Below are positions 1 to 10,400 of a stretch of 64,000 nt of DNA, piece by piece (within the stretch, counting starts at the first letter, position 1; each line of letters begins with the position of its first letter). Under the pieces are notes generated by a model. It made no database searches. It was not told the origin of the DNA and saw nothing but the letters and a program-made list of their open reading frames with translations. A program made the position numbers and the translations under genes. The stretch is from Guillardia theta CCMP2712 (Eukaryota > Protista > Cryptophyta), in the NCBI RefSeq assembly GCF_000315625.1, contig NW_005434637.1, forward strand, positions 48,505 to 112,504, given 5' to 3'.

Positions 1-83
1 CATCGCAAGCCGTTGAAAAGAGCTGTCAAAGTTGTCAAGATGGTCATCTCTTCTTTTTTTTTTGTTAATTTTCAGCCTGTGAG

Positions 84-1037
84 ATGGCGACCATGCCCTT
101 CATGTCCAGGTTCTTCCGGTCGAACGCGATTCTGCATCAGGTGAGGAGGAGACGCGGAGCCTCTCGACTGACCGACCGCCAGGTGTACCAAGACCGCACC
201 ACAGACATGGACTTGTCCGAGACCGACCTGGGAGACCTTCTCTTCAACAACACTGACGGTCGCATGGAGAGCGCACGATCCTATCGCTCTCTACGAGAGA
301 GGATGGGAGGATTCATGAGCTCCGAAGAAGAGCAGGAAACCAGTCAGGATAAGCAGGAGCAGGTAGAACAACAGGGGAAGGAGGAAGACAAACTTCTCTT
401 CTTGCTGTTCAATGTTTCTTTTGTGGTCCTTTGGTTACAAATGTTTCTTTCCTCGGTCCTACTCGGAGTAGAGTCTCAGGCAAGCAGCTGGCTTCTCATC
501 CTCCAATACCTCGCTCCCATCAACTGTGCTCGTCTTTGCCTTTCAGACATCATCCCGTCCCATCAGAAGCTTTTCATCTCGTTTTCGTTGGCATTTCACG
601 TGCTCGTCCTCGAGGTCTCATTTGCTCTGTTATTCCTGGGAGAGCTACAAGAAGGGCAATTGAGTCGAGTCAGCTTGGGCATCATTCTTGTCTGTGTCCT
701 CCTCTCCCACAGATCTCAACAAGATCAGTCTGAGCGCTCTGAACGGCGAGATCAAAGTCAGAATGCCCAGAGCTTGTGGTACATGAGGGTCGGAGCAGCT
801 GCTGCGTTGATATGGCTGCTCTGTCTTATGCTCTCTTGTTACTTCCTTTCAGACCAAAGAACTTGCTCCGCCGACGAGGTGGGAAAGGTAAAATTCAACA
901 TGCAATTCTCGGATATGGCGACGACAAAGGAGGCACAAGAAGTTGTAAACGCAACTCACGCAGCTATGGACCCACCTCATTTTTCGAACACAACAAGCAG
1001 CTCAGATCCTGATAAGACAGATGCATCATGTGAGTGA
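84..1037 (+). CDS. Hypothetical multi-pass membrane protein (probably first exon(s) of a gene continuing to about 2170)
   Basis: 317-aa ORF with about 5 hydrophobic segments (e.g. LLFLLFNVSFVVLWLQMFLSSVLLGV, LFISFSLAFHVLVLEVSFALLFL). The ORF ends at a GTGAGT donor-like site. No family recognised. Confidence 0.5.
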   Translation: MATMPFMSRFFRSNAILHQVRRRRGASRLTDRQVYQDRTTDMDLSETDLGDLLFNNTDGRMESARSYRSLRERMGGFMSSEEEQETSQDKQEQVEQQGKEEDKLLFLLFNVSFVVLWLQMFLSSVLLGVESQASSWLLILQYLAPINCARLCLSDIIPSHQKLFISFSLAFHVLVLEVSFALLFLGELQEGQLSRVSLGIILVCVLLSHRSQQDQSERSERRDQSQNAQSLWYMRVGAAAALIWLLCLMLSCYFLSDQRTCSADEVGKVKFNMQFSDMATTKEAQEVVNATHAAMDPPHFSNTTSSSDPDKTDASCE

Positions 1038-2431
1038 AGCAGAGTACAATCAATTGTCATGTCTGTTTTGAGAAATGATTGCAGCGTCGAAGATCGCAGG
1101 GGATGACATGAAGGATCTCTTTGATATTTACAAGATGAAGGTGAAACCTTCTCATACCCTCAGGGCAGGTAGATGACGCACTTGACAGGAAGCTGAAGTG
1201 ACGAGATTGACCTCTTCCCTCAACGACTCTCTCCAACAGATTGCCAATCTGTCTGATTTCATAACAAGTCTGCAAAGGTAATGACGTTACATCCCTCCCT
1301 TCTGACACCTGCATCAGTGAAAATGCCAACATTAAGATCAAAATGAATGAATTAAGAGAGTGGAATGCGGCCTTGCTGGCTTCTAAACAGCAGTGTGTCG
1401 ACAACAAGCATCTCCGCAAGGAAGAGGAGCTGAGACAAGACTCAACAAGTGAACCTCGTGAAAGCACGAGCGCGCAGGAGTACACAAGTCAAGTTGTAAA
1501 AGGGCCGAGCGATGTGAGACCAAGTGTTCTTCCCTGGCTTGTCTGAAACTGAATGGAGGCGCAGAAGCAAGACAGTCAAAATGGTTTTGCACTCTTGGCG
1601 AGCACTATATTGTTTGTGATGGGGATGATGTGGATCAAGAAGTAATAAACGTCAAGGCAAATAACCTCTATCGTCTACTCGGTTTCTCTCTCTTTCGAAA
1701 GATCACATTGCCGTCTTCGTCTTTGATCTCCAGAAACGACTCGGCAGTGTCGTCATCCTGTGAAAGAAGGTCAGAGCCAGAATGGAATCAGAGAGTCAGG
1801 CCTCTGTCTGAAACAAAGTCTTGTATGGCATGCTGTCACTCCCGGGCGACTGCTCTCCGTTCTCCTCTGTGCCAACACCATGAGAGACATCAGGAGGAAA
1901 TGCTTCTTACCTGTGTTCTTGAATGACGATGATCGAACTTCTTCTAAGCTAGTGAGCAAAGACGTGCTGCTGCTTGCCTCCTGCGAGGTACATCAGTCGT
2001 GAGAGGATGACAATTCTTTTCACACGTGGAGATCCGCGAAAGCTGCCCAGTCGTCTCGCAAATCTCTCTGCAGGGGTTTTAGCAACACAAGACGATCGGA
2101 AAGGGAACTGACGATCTGCGAGCTCGAGCTCATGCTGGTTGAGTTTGCGAGACTTTCCCTAAGGGCAATCTAATCATTTGGACTAGATGAAAGCAAGACA
2201 TCACCTCCGTTTCCTTGACAAGGCTTGCTTCTGTGCTATCTCGTGTTGAGTTTTCTGACAGCAAGAATCTCAGCAAAGGAGCAGGATTCTTTGAACAATC
2301 ACCTTTTCTTTCAGATGCTTGTCAAGCTGTTCTGCCAGCTGACATAATCTCTCTTGTTCGATCTGCACATATCGTTTGCCTTGATCCACCGAAACAACCA
2401 CCTTCACACAGGTCAACCTCAAACAAGCTCC

Positions 2432-3202
2432 TCAGCTTTGCTCTACCCTCATGTCCGGTTTGTGCTGGCACATGTCCTGAGGGAGTTGACCGAGTTGGTT
2501 CTTGATCACGCAGAGCTGCGGGTAATGTCGACAGAGCAACTCAGCGGACTTGACATCTCCGAACTTGATGACAGCATGCAGGCACGTGTCCCCAAGGGCA
2601 TCTTTCACTTTGGGATCAGCGTTGCGACCGCACAAGAGCGACAAGACTTGGTAAGCTCGCGGCGACAAGGCTGCCCAGTGAAACACTGTCCTCCCCCTCT
2701 TATCCCTTGCGCACAGATCGGTTCCATCCTCCACCAGAAACCGTAGAGCTTCCACCGATCCCCTCCAGGCCGCAACCATCGCTGGGGTCCTCCCGGCATC
2801 ATCGGCCTCTGTCAGTCCATGCAGCCTCGAGTATGGCAGCAGACCGCGAGCAGCAGCTTCAACCAAGTCGACTTGGTTGGAAGCGGCGGCATGATGAAGG
2901 CACAGGCAGGTGTGGGTACACCATCGATCCTTCTTGTAGGACACATATGCCTCGTAGCTGCTCCCGTACCCCAGCGGCGTTCCGTCCTCCACATGCGCCA
3001 GTTTCTTGCCGTTGCCCCTCCCCTTCCCTGACTGACCTGCGCCAGAGTTGCCGTCGAGAACGCTGAAGGATCTGCTTGGGGGACGAGACCTGCTGCTCCT
3101 GACATCGATCGCAAAGTCTCCGACAGGCATGGCTTCAGCATCAAGACGCCATGTCCGCTCACTGAGCAAGAAGCAGCGACGAGACGGTGAACAAGGTAGC
3201 AA
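2432..3202 (-). CDS. Ankyrin-repeat protein (spliced; true ends uncertain)
   Basis: Ankyrin motifs GRTPAMVAAWRGSVEALRFLVEDGTDL, GRTVFHWAA and GDTCLHAVIKFG..AELL in the 256-aa ORF. Confidence 0.85.
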   Translation of the reverse strand: MLPCSPSRRCFLLSERTWRLDAEAMPVGDFAIDVRSSRSRPPSRSFSVLDGNSGAGQSGKGRGNGKKLAHVEDGTPLGYGSSYEAYVSYKKDRWCTHTCLCLHHAAASNQVDLVEAAARGLLPYSRLHGLTEADDAGRTPAMVAAWRGSVEALRFLVEDGTDLCARDKRGRTVFHWAALSPRAYQVLSLLCGRNADPKVKDALGDTCLHAVIKFGDVKSAELLCRHYPQLCVIKNQLGQLPQDMCQHKPDMRVEQS

Positions 3203-3398
3203 AGAGCCCGTGTCAGTTATGAGCCTAGAGCAGGCAAGCAGTGAACAAGGAGAGGAGCGAGCAAGAGGAGTTGATACGCCATGGAAAATTCGGGAGGGGA
3301 AGAATGTGGCAGGTTAACCGAAATAACGTCAGGGACCTACTGCTGGTCGGGGAGTTCGAGAGCGTGAGGGAGGGTATGATGATGGGAACGAGCGTGTT

Positions 3399-4080
3399 AT
3401 AAGAGACGTGCTTGATATGATATGTGATGTGCCATAAGAGACGTGCTTGATATGATTGATGTGTTATAAGAGACGTGCTTGATATGATATGTGATGTGAT
3501 ATAAGAGACGTGCTTGATATGATATGTGATGTGATATAAGAGACGTGCTTGATATGATATGTGATGTGATATAAGAGACGTGCTTGATATGATTGATGTG
3601 TTATAAGAGACGTGCTTGATATGATATGTGATGTGATATAAGAGACGTGCTTGATATGATATGTGATGTGATATAAGAGACGTGCTTGATATGATTGATG
3701 TGCCATAAGAGACGTGCTTGATATGATATGTGATGTGATATAAGAGACGTGCTTGATATGATATGTGATGTGATATAAGAGACGTGCTTGATATGATTGA
3801 TGTGATATAAGAGACGTGCTTGATATGATATGTGATGTGCCATAAGAGACGTGCTTGATATGATATGTGATGTGATATAAGAGACGTGCTTGATATGATT
3901 GATGTGTTATAAGAGACGTGCTTGATAGGATATGCGATGTGATATAAGAGACGTGCTTGATATGATATGTGATGTGCCATAAGAGACGTGCTTGATATGA
4001 TTGATGTGATATAAGAGACGTGCTTGATATGATATGTGATGTGATATAAGAGACGTGCTTGATAGGATATGTGATGTGTC
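3399..4080. repeat. Minisatellite, 20 copies of 35/32-bp units with core ATAAGAGACGTGCTTGATA
   Basis: Core starts counted at 3399, 3434, 3466, 3501 ... 4011, 4046. Confidence 0.97.
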
Positions 4081-4480
4081 GGATGAGATGTGTTATCATA
4101 TCCCATGTATCATAGGAGATGTGCATCGTCAGGTTTTACATGTTGTTTTAAGATGTCTATCTGGATAGTTTGAAGGACGAGGCCCAACAAAAGTCCTGAC
4201 ATGTAGATTATTTCCTTCAAAGGCTCCTTTCGACTAAAAAGGCGACAGTTTACAAAGATTAAGAACGACAATGAGTGCGGGGGGATTGAACCATCTGTGG
4301 TGAGCGATGAATGAACATTCTGCATTTTGTCACAATGCATGAACATGTGCTTAGTGTACAATAATTGAACATGCTATTAAAATCTGCAAAAACACTGGGG
4401 CAATCTCAGTCTCAAGTTTCAGATCTGTGGATCAGAATCAGAGTTTCCTTTCAACAATTGTACCACCTGCACCCAATCGG

Positions 4481-7400
4481 TCAGGATATGACTAAACAAC
4501 ATCTAGGCAAGACATGTTCACCAGCAGTCAGCAGCATAATCCTATCTATCGTCTTGGAATAGTTTCCTCGCGATTCAGGTCCAGACGTCATCGGCTTGTG
4601 GAGACATCTCAAGCACGCCCGGTCAAAGATCCTCGCATAGTCCATGTCTTTGTTTCCTGGCTGCAAATCATCGAGAGATTCATAGAAGAACCTTGAGAAG
4701 CTTGTAGCTGTTTCATCATGAACTTTGCCTTTCCAGCAAATCACGTGCTTCACTCCTCGGTCCACCAGCTGCTTTCCCATGCTTTCAGACTGACAGGCGT
4801 TGAGGACAACACACTCCACCGAAGACTTCGACCGCGACCCTCCGGCCTGTACGGCTATCACGTCTACGACCTCTAGAGGCTTCTTGTAGTCAAACTCAGT
4901 CTTGGTTCCTTCTTTCAACCACCAAAAGCCATTCGTCTGATCGCCATGTCCTGAAAGATGGATGATCTTGATATTCCGGATGCTGCAGATACCCATGTAA
5001 CGAACAAAGTTTTCAAAAGTCGGCTGTGGGTAGATGCGAATATCGAACATCGCATTCATGGTTGTGTCCTGCATGATGTTTGCTTCTTCAAAAGGATCGA
5101 TGTTTTCAAGCTCGTCCCTGAGAAGGGTCGTAAGCATATCTTTTCTATCAGTATTACTCTCCTCGTTCAATTTGTTCTCTATTTTCGTCGTGAGAATGGA
5201 AACATTGATATTCCTCTTCACGAAGAAAGCAAGCACGCCCCATTTGTTGGAAACAAGCTGTTCATGCAGAGGTCTAGCACTCGCAACCTCTCTTGCCTCA
5301 TCAAACGTACTCGTCCTACACGAAAGTTTCCAAATTGCCTGATGAGGATCATCAAACACATCGGCAAACACCTGCTGCATCTCGTTGGCATCACAAAAAC
5401 GATCTCTGGGGTCTTTCTTCAAGGCTGTCTTGAGAAAGATGTTCATCGCTGCGCCACAACCAGGGATCTGCTGGAAAGGCTGTCTGCGCACAGCAGTGAA
5501 GAGCTCAAGGACGTCGTGTGAGTAGAAAGGATTTCTTCCTGCCGCCATCTCGTACAGCACAACCCCAGCTGACCAAACGTCCACCCGTGCATCCAGCTGC
5601 GGATCGCCGCGGCACTGCTCGGGGCTGAAGTATTGCCAGGTTCCAACGAACTGACCCGTGCGCGTCAAAGTCTCGTTATAGTCCTGATGCTTGGAAGACC
5701 CAAAGTCGATGAGAACAACTCGGCAGACGTCAGCGTGCGGGAAGGAACACATGATGTTGGAAGGTTTGAGGTCGCGATGAATGATTCCCATTCGATGTAG
5801 AAGAGACAGTCCCTCCAGCATCTGACCGCCGATCGTCTGCACCATCTCCTCACCAAGCTGTCTGCACTCCCCGTCCTCTGAGGTTTGCATGATCTCCTTC
5901 AATGACTGCCCTTCTACAAACTCCATCACAATCGCAAAAGGCTCTACAAGACAGTCAAACATCTTGACAATGTTGGGGTGTTGAAGTTGTTGCAGAGTCT
6001 TCAGATTCTGGTACTCTCTCTCGTCTGGCCTATTGCAGACTTTGACAGCAAACTTTGATTGAGACCCCTCTGCTTGAGCAAGGTAGACAATTCCTTGTCC
6101 TCCCCTTCCTATGAGACCAAGCACATCAAAACCAGGAATCGTCACGTTTGTTGGTTCCTGTCGACTCTGATTGAGATGCCCACCCAGCCGCTTCACAGGA
6201 GGCGAACAATACCTCAAAACCTCGTCCAAGTCGAGATCCTGAAAGCTTCCGGCGGAACTCTTAATCCACAACAACTCGAGCTTTCTCCGGACGTACAATC
6301 GACAAGCGAGTGATTGCAAGAAAGAGTTGACAAAGCAAACAGTTCGCACGAAGGCCCGTCGCCTTGTACTCGTTGACGAGGACACATTGATGCAGATGAG
6401 CTTACTCTCGTCTGCTGGATCACCGACATGCACAACCTCATACATGACTGTGGGGTGAGGGAGCTCGGCGATCCCATAGATCACTCCCTGTGAGCTCAGA
6501 CTGAGGCCTGGAGGTAAAGGATTTTTGTGCAGCTCAAGCTTTCCGTCGACCATGGCTGATAGAGGCTTCACCCGCCATCCCGGCAGCATGCTTGTGGCAT
6601 ACAAGTACAAGTCACTGATGTCAGTCGTCCTCATCCAGCCTTCTTCTGCAGCACCCCAGCTGACTTCCAGGTCAAGCTCCTGCACTTCTGATCCACTCGA
6701 CGTGATTCTCATGCGCCCGAGCGTCGGACGACATTTTGACGCAGGACAGTGTGCGACCGTTAAGACGAGCTGATCAGAGATCAGCAGCTCGTGCCGAAGC
6801 GAACTCATCACAGCTTGACAGGCCACCAGACACGGGGCGATACAAACCTCGTCTTCGAACCTGATTGAGAACGTTTCAGGCTCAACCGCCAAGATGTCAG
6901 GGATGTCGGGTAGCCTCATGTTCTTGCCGTAACTCGCACCTCTGATGTGCGCATACTTGATGGAGCTGAAAGGCAGAGCAAGCTCGCCGAGAAGTTCCGA
7001 CACCGTCAGAAACAGGCGGGTGCGAATGTGCTGCTGCCCGTTGGCGTGTAGGAAGATAGCGTCACAGACGGCTGGCAAGGAGGTGAGAATGGCACGAGGG
7101 CTCAAACTTCCTCGAATAGTCCCGGACGAGGCATCGAGCTGAAGGTCCCCGGGAAGCTGCGAGAGGACGAGGAACGATCCTGTGAGGTTGGCAGTCGCGA
7201 TCCCATCCTGCACTTGCCCCACAAAGGTCCTCAAGTGAGTGGCAGAATTACAGACAGATACTTGAGACTCAAGCAGGTCTAACCTCATATACCGGAAGAC
7301 ATCTCGGACGTTTGACTTTCGTCCTTCCCCTGGCGTCTGTTGAGAGATTTGAATCCTCGCGGAATGGTGAACATCTTCTCGGAGCATCAGCGCAGGGAGG

Positions 7401-10400
7401 GAAGGAGAGCGACTTGGCATGATGCGTCTGCTCCCACTGCCCAAACTCGATGGCGAGATTCGCATCCTCAGAAAGCAGGAGCAAGAACCAAACTCGTTGT
7501 GTGCACGGACGCGGATCTCAAACTCGCCGTCTTGGAGCGGAAACCCGTAGAGACAGCCACTCTCTTCGTCAATGAAGAGGCCAGGGGGCAACGCAGTCTC
7601 AGCTGAGAACCTTGGCAGCGGATAACCACAAGCATCTAGCCTTGCCATCGCTTGCACATGAGTCTTCGTCTTAACTGTTTCTGTTCCCAGCACTTGAAAC
7701 GTTGGGTGCGGTTGCTCGTCGATTATGTCAACTGAGAGATCGCTGGTCAGAACCCCGTCCTCGGCGACCTTGACAGCTGTGTAACGGTATCCAAGGCACT
7801 TGACCGAGATTGATCCGTACATGCTGCTCTGAAACGATTCAAACCATCGCCAAACAACAAACGCTAGACCAGCAACCAGAGCAATGTTGAATGGTCCAAA
7901 CAAGTAATATTCAGATACAGGATATAATCCGATGTAATCACATACAACGATGGCAGAAGGTATGATGGGTGTCAACAGGTATAGCAGGAAACGCATGTGA
8001 CCATTAGGAAGTTTCCCACCAGAAACGTCTGATAGCCGCGAAGAATACTCGATGATGTCGGTAGACGCATCCTTAATCTTCAAAGTTCGCTCGACGAGCT
8101 TTCGACGGCCGGAAGTTCCCTTCTTATGTGGAGGTCTAGTTGAATGCCGCACGTAAGAACCCAGCTGCGCCGGGGCTCGATTCACAAACTTATGACCATG
8201 AGGGTGACGTGACATTCGACGGCATTCGAACTCATAGTAACATTGCATGCAGAGCATCGGAGAACATCTTCCCTTGCGAATGCAAGTCTCGCAGATCATA
8301 AATTCAGTGCTTTGCTCCATACACCACGAACATTGTACATTGCCGGAGATGTCGCATTGCTTGAAGAGCTGTGCCTCGTTCATAAGGATGTACCCGTCGA
8401 TATTCTCGTAAGTAAGATTGGAAGGCGAACGGGGAAGAGGATCGATGAACACTCTGACTGATGTCATAGCGATGCCAAGAGGATTGACAGCTGCGATAAG
8501 AACTGTAACAAAGCTCTCTTCTTTCTTGCACAACTTACACGATGCTTGAAAGATCAGATCGCCGGTCTTTGCGTCGAGGGAAACGTACGGCAACGACTGG
8601 GAACTTCTTCCAAGGAGGAAGATGGGAGCCGGATAGACATCTCCTTCACTTGACTCAACTTGCAAGACGATTGTTTCTGTCATCCCTTGAAATAGAAAGA
8701 CGTTATTGCATCGAATCCCATTCCGCACGTAGCGGAAGCGACCTGGACGTGTTCCTGCTGTTGTTGGACTCAATACAGACAGGTCTATTCTTGACTCAGA
8801 GTGTTTGCGCCACTCACTTGCAGTCCAGCAGACTTGACATGATTTGTCTCCTGAGCAAACACAACACTGAAACTTCTCCATCTCTGCCATGATCATGAAA
8901 AAACAGATGACGGCAATAAATGGCAAACCAATTAAGTTCAGACGAATTATCAGCACCAGGATTGCATCTGTTTTGTTCCAATAAGGCAGCGAGTGATAAT
9001 AGCCCAACGACATGATAAAGAGCATGACTAAAACGATTAAGATGATCAAAGGATACTGCATGTGCTTGGCAGTGTTGTCGGACAACAGAACTCTCCTCAA
9101 ACCAAAAATTACAGACCTGCCTGAGAATTCAGACCACGGAACAAACGGTTTCACCTTGAAATTCCCTCCGTCATGCACTCGTTTGAAATATCGTCCGCAG
9201 ACAAGACTCCATGGAAGATTATTCCTTTCACCACATGTCGAACATGCTGCTCGCTGTCCTGCATTTGAGCACTTCAACATCACAACATCCTTCACGCAAA
9301 TGCTTTCCAAAGTCCCGTCGTGACGAACGTGTCGCTGAGTTCTCTCTACTATACGTTCCTTGTAACATGAAATGCAGAGTGACATTCCACAAGAATTGCA
9401 TCTCATCCTTCCACTCCCGTCAGGAATCATCCAAACAGAGGGAAACAGGCGCATCGAGATGAATAACAAAAGACCCACCATGAATGGCAGAGCAAACACA
9501 ATTCGAAGAAGGAGGCTTTCTTCTCTAACTCCACATCGCATTAAGTTCTGTTCACACACGGCCTCTCCACGTTCCATGGATTTTCTGCAAGAATTCAGCT
9601 TGTTACAAAGTGCCGATCGCCGTCCATTACAGTAAAACAATGAATATGAATGAGAAAACCCATCTTTGCACCTCAAAGAACAAGTTTTCATCTCGGCGTC
9701 TCCATACCCATGGACGACATTCGGTCCAAAATATTTATCGATGTCGGGACACCGGCGACAGAAAGAAGTAGTCGAGTAACACGTGAGATCTTCTTGTAGT
9801 TGTAGCACATCAGATGATGTGTAAGAGCACACGAAGGGTAGGGAGGTGTGATTGCAATCAGACGAGAAGTATGAGCCTGAATAAGGTCGCAAGGAAGTGC
9901 AACCCGGTTCTAAACCACTCAAGTCACTCAGAGTTGAGAGTGAAGACCCGTCAGACCAGCTCACTCGATTGGTTTCTGTCTGAGCCCCTTGGGCCTCAAC
10001 GCGCAATCCAATCCAAACATCCTTCACGTCGCGAGCCAACTCATTTATGCGGGACACTTCACTGACATGCCGAATCGAGGCAAGATGCCCGCCCTGCCCG
10101 ACGCAAAATGATTCAGCTTCCATCCAAGATCGTTGCGACAGGTGCAATGAGAACCTTCGGTAGACTTGTCTTGGAGCTTGTGGGGAAGCTGAAGGATCAG
10201 CCAGGCAGACACTGCCTGCATCGTGTCGTAGATAGCATCTCCTAGCAGAGGGACTGAAACAAAATGCATCTCGATTGTTACTTCTCGCGGATGAAAGGCA
10301 CATACTTACGAGGGATTTCTCGCCCAACTCAGTATCAAAATATTCAGTTTGCAGATCTATTGAGTTTGGCTGCAGACAACTGAAATTACGTTCAATCTTT

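Noticed and set aside
1815-2060. Possible RING finger (CMACC..CQH..CPV) at the end of the first gene
   Set aside because: I could not build a spliced frame with correct Cys/His spacing.
3225-4126. His/Ile/Ser/Tyr-rich repetitive ORFs and a CRISPR-like appearance
   Set aside because: The ORFs are by-products of the 102-bp repeat period. Units are contiguous with no unique spacers and there are no cas genes.
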